From Octopus sinensis (lineage: Eukaryota): 64,000 nt of DNA. The DNA lies in assembly GCF_006345805.1 (NCBI RefSeq), contig NC_043002.1, positions 93,992,001-94,056,000 of the forward strand, given 5' to 3'. Made by a program: the position numbers and the translations under genes. Numbering within the stretch: the stretch's first letter is position 1; each line of letters begins with the position of its first letter. The notes beneath the pieces are model-generated. The model had not been told where the DNA came from and made no database searches. It saw nothing but the letters and a program-made list of their open reading frames with translations. This document shows, piece by piece, positions 12,470 to 24,926 of this stretch.

Positions 12470-12620
12470 CCTCTGAAAGAATGACAGGCAGAGATTATCT
12501 TGGAAAGATTTGAACTGAGAACAGGTGGCAAAAAACTTATCAGAAGATGCAAACACTGCATTTTGGATGACATGTAATTAGCTGCAAAGTAGGATTCCAT
12601 TTAGGCAAACCAAATGGAAA
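12470..12620 (+). mobile_element. Possible piggyBac transposase Cys-rich C-terminal remnant
   Basis: Frameshifted pieces RMTGRDYLGKI / GGKKLIRRCKHC / CKVGFHL resemble the piggyBac C-terminal cysteine-rich domain. Confidence 0.4.
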
Positions 12621-15600
12621 TGCCTCCGGTGAAAATAGGCACAGGTAGTTGAGAAACAGCAGTTATGGAAGGTGAAGCCATTGTTACTTGCTGAGTGTGT
12701 GAGTCTGGTGAAAGAAATGTTATGATATTCTGTACTGTCACATGAGAAATGTCTTGCTTTTCTCCAATGCCAGGTTCACCACTTTAGTGAGTATATGAAT
12801 GTTTTCATCGTTAGTTTGGCCATCTGCTGATTAGGTGTAGGCTGCATGTAAATGAAGAATAAACACTCGGTGAATATAATAATTTAAATTTTTGTTGGAT
12901 ATTCTTTGCATGATATTATGACATTCTGGCTTGTACAATTTAAACAAAAACAGAGCGAGTGAATATATTGTCGGATGGTACCTATTGTGAGAGTGGCATC
13001 ATGACACCATGTGTAGGGTGCTGAAACAAAGAAAGAGAGCTAGCAGTCCTAGGTGTGAGCAGTGAGTGCTCAAGGGAAATGTGGAAGAGTCTGGTTGTGT
13101 TTTGTGCATGCATCATGGCTGCCCGCTTCGTCCTTTCCGGGCCATTTATGTTTGGCCCTGATATAATCCAAGCAGGCACGACGGGTAGACTACAATAGCA
13201 TCACTCGTGTGTGTGTGTGTATCCAAGCATGAGATTTAGAGGTATGAGAAATAGTTCCTGTCTAACATCAAAATACTAAGCATTTATTAAATTAATTACA
13301 TTGAATATCATGACAATATTTTAATATTTTTATAATGAATTGACATCATTTACTTTATATTTGGTAATTAATCTTTATAAGTTTAGTCTCAGTAAGTACT
13401 GCCTAACTTAATAGCATGCCACTGATACATACATGGTACCAAACTAGATTTGAACTTTGATCCTTTATTTCTAAACTATACCACTAACATGTGCATCAGT
13501 ATCATAGTTGATAAAAATGTTATCTTTAATTTAGAAATAAAGGTTTCTAGTTCAAATTCAATTAATTAGTAATGATGATTGACGACCAAACTGATTTAAA
13601 AATAGTCATCATCTTCATTGTTCATTATTGTTTTACATCTGCTTTCCATGCTGGCTTGGGTTGGAAGGGTAATTGCTGTCTCTTAGGTTGGCGGACAAAA
13701 GGTTACTTGTAAGGTTCAATTTTGGGTTGGTTTCATCCTTAAGAAGGATGCCCTTCTTAACATCAACCACTTCACAGTGTTCACTGGATACATTTTTGCA
13801 TGGACCCAGCTTTAGAGAGGATAGGGACAAGAAAGTGATGAATAATAAGAGGTGGGTAAATGGTGAGAGTGAACAATGGCTGCTGATACCAGGTGGCCAG
13901 TAGAGAGTATTGGCAGAATGTATGAGGTATGTGCATGTCTGACGATGTCCTTAAGAGGATGTGAGAGTTGAGGTCATAAAGGTGAGAGAGGAAATAGGTG
14001 AAATGTTGGAGTTAGGATAAGATAGATTCTGCGGCATCTCTAATTACACTGGAAGTAATGTATGGTTAATCAAATATTCGAAATATTGATTTCAAATTTT
14101 GGTACAAGCCCAGCAATTTTGGGGGTGAGAGATAGTTGATTACATCGGCCCCTGTGCTCAGTTGATACGTATTTTATATATCTCGAAAGGATGAAAGGCA
14201 AAGTTGACCTTGGCAGAACTTGAACTCAGAACATAAAGATGGACAAAATGGCACTAAGTGTTTTGTCTGACTTGCTAATGATGCTGCTAGTTCACTGCCT
14301 TATGAACATTGTAAATATTGATTTCAAATTTTGGTACAAGGCCAGCAATTTTGGTGGTGGAGATAAGTTGATTACATCAACCCCAGTGTTCAACTGGTAC
14401 TTATTTTATTGATCCCAAAAGGATGAAAGGAAAAGTTGACCTTGTCTGAATTTGAATTCAGAATGTAAAGCTAAATGAAATGCTGGTAATCATTTTGCCT
14501 GGTGTGCTAACAATTCTGTCAGCTGTCTGTCTTCAAATGTTTTAAATATTAAAAAAAAAAAAAGAAAAAGACAAAAATGATAAATAAAGATGAGGGGGTG
14601 ATGTGTGTACATCTTATCAAGTAGATGGTCTGGATAGGTGTGTGTATGATGGCTGAACAGTACTTTAATGTGTGATGTGCTTATGTTTTGTCTAGAGATA
14701 GCAGTTAAAAGTTGAAGTATCTTTTGCCTTTGAAAAGGAAACCCAGCCTTTGGAATGCAATTAGGAAGTGTTATAAGTTTCCATGGCAGTGTATTAGAGA
14801 CTGAAAACTGAAGAGTTTATAGGGAGTGGTTGTATGTTCTCCATACATACAACCACTTGTAAGAATACAATTTGAGCTCACTTGAGATGAGTTACGTCTA
14901 CATTTTAGCGTTAACAACATTTAGTTATTGAGTGCTGTTCTGGACCGTAGAATACGTTTATCCCTTATGCTTTACTTGTTTTAGTCATTGGACTGCTGCC
15001 ATGCTGGAGTATCACCTTGACAGGTTCAGTTGAACATATTGACTGTAATATTTATTTTTAAGTCTGGTACTTATTCCATTGGTCTCTTTTGCTGGACTGA
15101 TAACGTTATGGGGACATAAACAAACCAACACCTGTTCACAAGCAGTGGTGGGATGAATACAAATACTCACACACACAAACCTCCATTCTCACTCCCCACC
15201 TCGATTCTCATTGCACCCACCCACCGTCAAGCTTTTCATCCACATCCCATTCCCTAACATTCATCACTTTATCTGTGGCAGTATTATTTACCTACCTTAA
15301 TCACCTGAGAGCAGAATAGGCACATACTACACCACCCCTTTCATTATGGTCCTCTTTCTTCCCTCACCCCGCCCCCAGAATCACTTTCATTCCTACTTGT
15401 CTTCTTCCAGTTGTAACCTCTCTTCCCTACTATACCCCCATCCTTAACACACCTTTTATCTTCTATCACTCCCAATGCCCTCACATATCTAAGATAAACT
15501 GAGCCACTCCTAAATCTCTCACCATTACTTACTATAGTCACCTCTATCCCATCTCTAATCATCTCTCCTTATATTCTTATGAAAACTCCCCTCTGTCCTC

Positions 15601-15630
15601 CCCCTGCCCACTCACCCAATCTAATCCTCT

Positions 15631-15665
<35 letters not shown>

Positions 15666-16302
15666 AAGTCTCTCATTTTCTTCATCTCCAACTGGAGTAT
15701 CCTTATGTCTCTTCTACTACAAGACACCTATCTCTTAACCTCTCAACAACTGGCACGAGGCTACCTCCCTCAATACTGCTTCCCCTCACTTGAGGGGACT
15801 TTGTTTTGCAAGTTGCTTGGTGACCCTGCTGGTACTGGTGCCATGAAAAAAAAAAAACACCTACTATACTCTGTAAAATGGTTGAAGGACATTCATCTGT
15901 GGAAACCATATCAAAACAGACAATAGAGCTTGGTGCAGTCCTCTGACTTGCCAGCGCTTGTCAAACCATTCAACCTATGCCAGCATGGAAAACGGATGTT
16001 AAATTATGATGGTGATATGTGTATATATGTACACGCATGCACGCACGCGCGCACACACACACACACGTTGTGCTTCGACACAATTTCGATCTACAAATTC
16101 ACTCGCAAGGCAAGCATTGGTTGGCTTGGAGTTTTGTAGAAGACATTTGTCTAATCTACGATACAGTAGAACCGGATCTGAAATCATGTGGTTTCAAAGT
16201 GAGCTTCTTAACCACTTAGGCATGCCTAATACATGTGAATAGCTTTATAATATATCACCATCATCATTTAATGTCTGTCTTCCATGCTGGTATGGATTAG
16301 AT

Positions 16303-16503
16303 CAGTGGTTTTCAACCAGGGTTCCGCCAGTACAGTCTAGGGGTTCCGCAAGAAGTTACAAAACTGCTAAAATCAGCAGTAATTTTTAATTCTCCTGTGC
16401 AGATATGTGTACATAAGACTATTAAATTATTGCACAGGGGTTCCTCGAGCCAGTGGAATGTTTCCTTGGGGTTCCGCTCCAGCAAAAAGTTTGAAAAGCA
16501 CTG
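16303..16503. mobile_element. hAT-type MITE inserted in a (CAT)n-tailed SINE-like repeat
   Basis: TIRs cagtggttttcaa / ttgaaaagcactg match at 12 of 13 positions; the 8-bp TSD is degenerate. Confidence 0.75.
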
Positions 16504-17271
16504 GGTTAAACGGTTAAATGGGAATTGGTAAGCTGGAGAGTTGTACCAGGCTCTATCGTCTGTTTTAGCTTGGTTTCTAGGGCTGGAAGCCCTTCCTAAT
16601 GCCGACCACTTCATAGAGTACTGGCTGTCTTTCATGTGTCACTGGTATGGGTGCTTTACATGTGCCACCTGCATAGGAGCTACTTATGCTCCACTGGCAT
16701 AGGAGTCCCTTACACACCACTGGCTTGGGAGCTCATTGTGTGTTGTCGGCACAATTGCCCACTATGTGCCACCTGCATGGGTACCCTCTTTGCACAGCTA
16801 GCATAGGTGCCCTTTATGTGGGCTGGCAATGCAATGGGATGGTGGTACAGAAAGGATGATCATATGACAGGTGTTACTGTTCAACGTGCATACCTGCATG
16901 ATGAAATGGCTATGTGTCATAGTATGAACTGTACACTGATACAGGTGACTAAAGAAAATTGTCGCTTTATCTGTTTTTTTTTTTTATCAGTAGTAAATTC
17001 TTAGCCACAAAGTTCACGTACATTTAGATAAATGTGATAAATGTTATCTATAGATTGTTGGTGAAACTGGGGTACAGCTATTGTTTCTTGCTTTTCTGAA
17101 AGTAGTTTCATGTGTGTTTCTGGTTATAAAAATAGTGATTCTAACTTGAATGAATAGTGTATAAAGTAATCAGGTGAAGAGTGTTTGGTGAATAGGAGTA
17201 GACAAAGCTGGATGGTTTTTGCACTTGTAAAGGCAGAAAACAATGGTCAAGTAGAAAATTGTTTGTTATTA

Positions 17272-18563
17272 TTAGGTCATCAAGTATGAAATTTGTAGAA
17301 AAATAAAGTTTTCTAATGTTTTGTAAATACATGGAATATTTTTATTCATCAAAGTATGCACCTACATTGTCAATACACTTTTGCCATTTCAGTGGTAGCT
17401 TGTCCAGCTCAGAACTGTAAAAGCTTGGCAATCTAGAGTCTATAAAATCTTGGAAGGCGTTTTACAGCATTGTCGGAATAAAATTTTTTCCTATCAAAAA
17501 GTTATCCAAATTCTGGAAGAAGTGGTTGGTAATTAGTGGGGGGGCAAGATCAGGTGAGTATGGTGGATGATGGAGAACTTCCAACTTCTGTAGTTTCGCC
17601 TGTGTCATTTTTGCAATGTGTGGTCTGGCGTTGTCTTGCAATAAAATAGGAGTGGATGTATTGACTAATCTTGGGCTGTTTTTTTGTAAGTTTCTGCATC
17701 ATTTGGTCCAGTTGGCTGCAGTATACTTTGGCTGTGATTGATGAGCCAGGTTTAATGAACTCATAATGGATCACACCTTTTCAAGACCACCAACACATCA
17801 TCAGCTTCTTTTGATGAATTTTGCTTTTTGGACTGTGTTTTTGTGGCTCGTCTTTGTCCAGCCATTGTGCCGAATGTTTACTGTTGTATGTATTGGATCT
17901 ATTTCTTATCACATGTTACCATTCGATTAAAAAATGATTCAATTTTGTGATGAGAAAGTAGCATAATGCAGGCTTCCAAACATTGCTGTTTCTGATTTTC
18001 CTTGAGTTCATGTGGAACCCACTTATCCAACTTTTTCACTTTACTGATTTGAACTAGGTGAGTGAATATTGTTTGCTTGCTAACACCAAACAACAACAAT
18101 TCACAGGCACTTTGAGATGGATCTGACTCAACTGTAGCTTTCAGTTTATCATTATCCACCTTTGTTTCTGGTCACCTACATTGCTCATTTGTGAGGTCAA
18201 AGTTACGAGAATGAAATTTTGCAAACCGATTTGATGATGTCTGCTGTGTAATAACATTAGAATGAAATACTCCATTAATATTCCGAGCTGTTTGTGATGC
18301 TGTATTTCCAAGAAAGAACTCAAATTTCAAAACTGTATGAATTTCTGACTTATCCATCTCTAAACTAAAATAGCAAAAAAAAAAAAAAAAAAAAAAAACG
18401 ATTTATAAATACTTATAAAGTGCCAAATGAGTTAGAATAAAGAAATAGATCTGTCAGCTTTCTAACAAAAATAAAGATTGTCAAAATATAATAATGGCAC
18501 AAAATGAGCAGCTGTCAAAGTTTACCATATATCTTACTGCAAATTTCATACTTGACGACCTAA
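17272..18563 (-). mobile_element. Full-length defective mariner (Mos1-like) transposon, copy 1
   Basis: 1292 bp; TIRs ttaggtc(a/g)tcaagtatgaaatttg; TA TSD. Frameshifted transposase pieces: MDKSEI..FEF (HTH), KKLDKWVPHEL, RMVTCD and GVIHYEFIKPGSSITAKVYCSQL. Confidence 0.93.
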
Positions 18564-20051
18564 TAGAAGACTAGAATTCATTTTGACTAATCACCTTCCT
18601 TAATGTCTAGAATTGATGCTGTGAGTGACATTTAAACCAACTGATGTTTGCTTGTGTCAGTCTTCAATATTTATCTTTATACTGTATCTCTGGATAGATG
18701 GGCTCATGAAGTACTTTTCATATACAGTACACAATCATTTTCTCTTCTTACTCTTTTCCTACTCTTGTTCTACATTTAATAAGCCCATTATTATTCTCAG
18801 TTAAATGCTAAATTCAATAACTGGAAATATTACTGCCAGGGCTACAGCAAATATTCTGCTGAATACCGCAGATTTGCTTGTCAGTTGTTTGACCATAACT
18901 AGTTGAGCATGCCCCTTGGTGGCTGACAATATGTGCATCTCTGATGACGAACAGAAGTATTAGGGGAGCATCATAGCCATGTGTTGAGAGGAATTCTTTG
19001 GGGTTTGAATAATTCACCTCTGTAAACATGGGTGTTTCGTTCATCATCCTTAAACAACCCTTATTCAGGAACCCTTTGAATGGGATGAGCTACTTGACCT
19101 GAAGAAAATTCTAACTGGGCCCCCACCTGCAAGGTCATCTTGATATAAAGTCACCATGTTGCGCACATGGTTGTGGTAGACGTGCCTGATGTACCCTTAT
19201 CAGATAGGTAGTCAAGATGGGTATATTGGGCTTCTTTATTTGTACCCCAGTGTCACTTTGATGGCATGCACTGCTCTCTCACTCAATAATAATAATAATA
19301 ATATTAATAATAATAATTATTATTATTATTATAATCCTTTCTACTATAGGTACAAGGCCTGGATTTTTGTGGGGAGGGGGACAGTCAATCACATTGATCC
19401 CAGGATGAAAGGCAAAGTCAATCTCAGCAAAATTTGAACTCAGAACCTTGCAGCAGATGAAATGCTGCTAAGCATTTCGCTTGGCATGCTAATAATTCTG
19501 CCAACTCACCACCTTAATAATAGTAATAATAAAATGAAAAAAATAATGAAATATCTTTAAATTTTCTCATCAATATTTTTCCCTGCATATTTTTGGCAAT
19601 TGAAAATTAGTTTTAATTACTGAAAATGAATAGAGAAGAAAATAAAGCAACATTCTGTCGCTCGTTTATTGTTATGCAAATAACATTTGTCCTCTTTTGT
19701 AATTACTGTTTTTCTCTTAATGAGGTCAGACATGGCTGTGTGATTAAAAGTTTGTTTTTCTGTGACATGTTTTAAGGTCTAATCTCAATGCATAGCATCT
19801 TGGGGGAAAATATCTCTTTTTACTGTTGAGTTGGATCATCTTGTCAATGAAATTTGGTGGACACATTACATGGAAGCCTCTCAGAAGAACCATGCTTCTT
19901 CATGAGTGAATGATTTAATCCATCTGCCACTTTAGTTCTATGACCTGGCCTTGAGTACCTTAAATACAAGCATTTGTGCCAGATCTATGGTCTTAAAGAT
20001 AATGTTGTTCTATCAGTCTTTGAAGCTTGGCACTTCTTATTCAAAAGAAAA

Positions 20052-20460
20052 GTGTAGTGGGTGTTTTTTACGTGCCACCTGCACAGGTGCCAGACAGAGC
20101 TGGCGAACAGCCACGAACGGATGGTGCTTTTACGTGTCACCGGCACGGGGCCAGGCGATGCTGGCAACGGACACGAACCGATGGTGCTTTTATGTGCCAC
20201 CGACACGGGGCCAGACAGAGCTGGCAAACGGCCACGAACGGACGGTGCTTTTACGTGTCACCGGCACGGGGGCCAGCCGAGGCTGGCAACGGACGCGAAC
20301 GGATGGTGCTTTTACGTGCCACCGACACGGTTGCCAGACAGAGCTGGCAAACGGCCACGAGCGGACGGTGCTTTTACGTGTCACCGGCACGGGGGCCAGC
20401 CGAGGCTGGCAACAGACGCGAACGGATGGTGCTTTTACGTGCCACCGACACGGTTGCCAG
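20052..20460. repeat. GC/CpG-rich 60-62-bp tandem array (7 units, alternating A/B types), derived from a SINE-like repeat
   Basis: Unit starts gtgcttttacgtg at about 20061, 20124, 20184, 20245, 20306, 20368 and 20429. Related 2-3-unit versions occur at 38630-38790 and 51615-51670. Confidence 0.9.
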
Positions 20461-20847
20461 AGAAAATTATATTGTTTAGGTGACTCCATGGAATCAGTGA
20501 AGTCAGAATGGTGGGATGTGACCTGGGGATAAGTTGGTGATCCCGATTCATTAAAGCATCATCTAGTCCAATGTTGTAATGTTACCACTGTCTCCGTGTT
20601 TCGGTCTGTAATGTTTTAGAATTATTGTTGAATGAAAACAATTGATGCCATTGTCTGCAGTTCTGACTGCTATCAAGGATTGATCCCTGCTCCTTCTCTT
20701 CCCTCTTCATTCTCTCTTTACGTCCTCCTCTCTTCTCTACTTCTTTTCTCTCTTTCCCTATTGTTGTTGGTTATCTTCCATGTTTTCTATTTCCTTTTTA
20801 AAATGACATACACAATTTCGATCTACAAATTCACTCGTTTGTTATTA

Positions 20848-22139
20848 TTAGGTCATCAAGTATGAAATTTGTAGAAAAATAAAGTTTTCTAATGTTTTGT
20901 AAATACATGGAATATTTTTATTCATCAAAGTATGCACCTACATTGTCAATACACTTTTGCCATTTCAGTGGTAGCTTGTCCAGCTCAGAACTGTAAAAGC
21001 TTGGCAATCTAGAGTCTATAAAATCTTGGAAGGCGTTTTACAGCATTGTCGGAATAAAATTTTTTCCTATCAAAAAGTTATCCAAATTCTGGAAGAAGTG
21101 GTTGGTAATTAGTGGGGGGCAAGATCAGGTGAGTATGGTGGATGATGGAGAACTTCCAACTTCTGTAGTTTCGCCTGTGTCATTTTTGCAATGTGTGGTC
21201 TGGCGTTGTCTTGCAATAAAATAGGAGTGGATGTATTGACTAATCTTGGGCTGTTTTTTTGTAAGTTTCTGCATCATTTGGTCCAGTTGGCTGCAGTATA
21301 CTTTGGCTGTGATTGATGAGCCAGGTTTAATGAACTCATAATGGATCACACCTTTTCCAGACCACCAACACACCATCAGCTTCTTTTGATGAATTTTGCT
21401 TTTTGGACTGTGTTTTTGTGGCTCGTCTTTGTCCAGCCATTGTGCCGAATGTTTACTGTTGTATGTATTGGATCTATTTCTTATCACATGTTACCATTCG
21501 ATTAAAAAATGATTCAATTTTGTGACGAGAAAGTAGCATAATGCAGGCTTCCAAACATTGCTGTTTCTGATTTTCCTTGAGTTCATGTGGAACCCACTTA
21601 CCCAACTTTTTCACTTTACTGATTTGAACTAGGTGAGTGAATATTGTTTGCTTGCTAACACCAAACAACAACAATTCACAGGCACTTTGAGATGGATCTG
21701 ACTCAACTGTAGCTTTCAGTTTATCATTATCCACCTTTGTTTCTGGTCACCTACATTGCTCATTTGTGAGGTCAAAGTTACGAGAATGAAATTTTGCAAA
21801 CCAATTTGATGATGTCTGCTGTGTAATAACATTAGAATGAAATACTCCATTAATATTCCGAGCTGTTTGTGATGCTGTATTTCCAAGAAAGAACTCAAAT
21901 TTCAAAACTGTATGAATTTCTGACTTATCCATCTCTAAACTAAAATAGCAAAAAAAAAAAAAAAAAAAAAAAAACGATTTATAAATACTTATAAAGTGCC
22001 AAATGAGTTAGAATAAAGAAATAGATCTGTCAGCTTTCTAACAAAAATAAAGATTGTCAAAATATAATAATGGCACAAAATGAGCAGCTGTCAAAGTTTA
22101 CCATATATCTTACTGCAAATTTCATACTTGACGACCTAA
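20848..22139 (-). mobile_element. Full-length defective mariner transposon, copy 2 (from the tandem duplication)
   Basis: Near-identical to 17272-18563 at an offset of 3576 bp. Confidence 0.93.
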
Positions 22140-23626
22140 TAGAAGACTAGAATTCATTTTGACTAATCACCTTCCTTAATGTCTAGAATTGATGCTGTGA
22201 GTGACATTTAAACCAACTGATGTTTGCTTGTGTCAGTCTTCAATATTTATCTTTATACTGTATCTCTGGATAGATGGGCTCATGAAGTACTTTTCATATA
22301 CAGTACACAATCATTTTCTCTTCTTACTCTTTTCCTACTCTTGTTCTACATTTAATAAGCCCATTATTATTCTCAGTTAAATGCTAAATTCAATAACTGG
22401 AAATATTACTGCCAGGGCTACAGCAAATATTCTGCTGAATACCGCAGATTTGCTTGTCAGTTGTTTGACCATAACTAGTTGAGCATGCCCCTTGGTGGCT
22501 GACAATATGTGCATCTCTGATGACGAACAGAAGTATTAGGGGAGCATCATAGCCATGTGTTGAGAGGAATTCTTTGGGGTTTGAATAATTCACCTCTGTA
22601 AACATGGGTGTTTCGTTCATCATCCTTAAACAACCCTTATTCAGGAACCCTTTGAATGGGATGAGCTACTTGACCTGAAGAAAATTCTAACTGGGCCCCC
22701 ACCTGCAAGGTCATCTTGATATAAAGTCACCATGTTGCGCACATGGTTGTGGTAGACGTGCCTGATGTACCCTTATCAGATAGGTAGTCAAGATGGGTAT
22801 ATTGGGCTTCTTTATTTGTACCCCAGTGTCACTTTGATGGCATGCACTGCTCTCTCACTCAATAATATAATAATAATATTAATAATAATAATTATTATTA
22901 TTATTATAATCCTTTCTACTATAGGTACAAGGCCTGGATTTTTGTGGGGAGGGGGACAGTCAATCACATTGATCCCAGGATGAAAGGCAAAGTCAATCTC
23001 AGCAAAATTTGAACTCAGAACCTTGCAGCAGATGAAATGCTGCTAAGCATTTCGCTTGGCATGCTAATAATTCTGCCAACTCACCACCTTAATAATAGTA
23101 ATAATAAAATGAAAAAAATAATGAAATATCTTTAAATTTTCTCATCAATATTTTTCCCTGCATATTTTTGGCAATTGAAAATTAGTTTTAATTACTGAAA
23201 ATGAATAGAGAAGAAAATAAAGCAACATTCTGTCGCTCGTTTATTGTTATGCAAATAACATTTGTCCTCTTTTGTAATTACTGTTTTTCTCTTAATGAGG
23301 TCAGACATGGCTGTGTGATTAAAAGTTTGTTTTTCTGTGACATGTTTTAAGGTCTAATCTCAATGCATAGCATCTTGGGGGAAAATATCTCTTTTTACTG
23401 TTGAGTTGGATCATCTTGTCAATGAAATTTGGTGGACACATTACATGGAAGCCTCTCAGAAGAACCATGCTTCTTCATGAGTGAATGATTTAATCCATCT
23501 GCCACTTTAGTTCTATGACCTGGCCTTGAGTACCTTAAATACAAGCATTTGTGCCAGATCTATGGTCTTAAAGATAATGTTGTTCTATCAGTCTTTGAAG
23601 CTTGGCACTTCTTATTCAAAAGAAAA

Positions 23627-24035
23627 GTGTAGTGGGTGTTTTTTACGTGCCACCTGCACAGGTGCCAGACAGAGCTGGCGAACAGCCACGAACGGATGGT
23701 GCTTTTACGTGTCACCGGCACGGGGCCAGGCGATGCTGGCAACGGACACGAACCGATGGTGCTTTTACGTGCCACCGACACGGGGCCAGACAGAGCTGGC
23801 AAACGGCCACGAACGGACGGTGCTTTTACGTGTCACCGGCACGGGGGCCAGCCGAGGCTGGCAACGGACGCGAACGGATGGTGCTTTTACGTGCCACCGA
23901 CATGGTTGCCAGACAGAGCTGGCAAACGGCCACGAGCGGACGGTGCTTTTACGTGTCACCGGCACGGGGGCCAGCCGAGGCTGGCAACGGACGCGAACGG
24001 ATGGTGCTTTTACGTGCCACCGACACGGTTGCCAG
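23627..24035. repeat. Second copy of the 61-bp array
   Basis: Duplicate of 20052-20460. Confidence 0.9.
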
Positions 24036-24405
24036 AGAAAATTATATTGTTTAGGTGACTCCATGGAATCAGTGAAGTCAGAATGGTGGGATGTGACCTG
24101 GGGATAAGTTGGTGATCCCGATTCATTAAAGCATCATCTAGTCCAATGTTGTAATGTTACCACTGTCTCCGTGTTTCGGTCTGTAATGTTTTAGAATTAT
24201 TGTTGAATGAAAACAATTGATGCCATTGTCTGCAGTTCTGACTGCTATCAAGGATTGATCCCTGCTCCTTCTCTTCCCTCTTCATTCTCTCTTTACGTCC
24301 TCCTCTCTTCTCTACTTCTTTTCTCTCTTTCCCTATTGTTGTTGGTTATCTTCCATGTTTTCTATTTCCTTTTTAAAATGACATACACATATGCCGACGT
24401 AATAC

Positions 24406-24926
24406 CTTCACTTCATTCCCTGCAACTTGCTATTTTACTTTCAGCTAAAATTAAAGTCTAGAATTTAGAGTACAAAATAGACACTTAATTGATCTTTATG
24501 TCAATAATTATTAGAAGCCTACCTTCAACTGGCTTTGCTTTTTGTGCATTGGGGAAGTTGTTAGTGAGTCATTAACATCATTTTTCTGTCCACTTTTAAT
24601 GCTGGCATAAATGCATGCATGCGTATGTATATGTGCTTATATGGGTACAGGTGTGGGTATGTGAGGACATATGTGGATGCATAAATGTATGCATGTGCAC
24701 ATGTAAATGCAGGTATATTTGTGAATGTGTGTGTGTGTATGCATAAGAGTGTGTCTATGTACATGAGTGTGTATGCATGTGTATCATTAATTTTACGCTC
24801 ACTTTCCATGCTGGCTTCTAATAACTATTGATATAAAGATCAATTAAGTGTCTATTTTGTACTCTAAATTCTAGACTTTAATTTTAGTTGAAAGTAAAAT
24901 AGCAAGTTGCAGGGAATGAAGTGAAG
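24406..24926. repeat. Long inverted repeat, 114-bp arms (24406-24519 / 24813-24926)
   Basis: cttcacttcattccctgc...ttattagaagcc versus ggcttctaataact...gaagtgaag, with 3 mismatches seen. The 293-bp spacer contains a TG/TA microsatellite. Confidence 0.92.

Larger units (their letters stand above)
17261..24389. repeat. Tandem segmental duplication, 2 x about 3.55 kb (17261-20814 and 20837-24389)
   Basis: Direct near-identity throughout, with a 22-nt extra segment at the junction (20815-20836). The ORF track is duplicated at an offset of about 3575. Confidence 0.95.

Noticed and set aside
19951-20532. Overlapping 140-193-aa ORFs and a CRISPR-like periodic pattern (also 23526-24107)
   Set aside because: All frames are open because of a GC-rich 61-bp tandem repeat. 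There are no unique spacers and no cas genes, and the context is eukaryotic.
17261-24389. Haplotype mis-assembly as the explanation for the duplication
   Set aside because: Not fully excluded, but an assembly artefact would not be expected to create a junction templated from 16078-16105.
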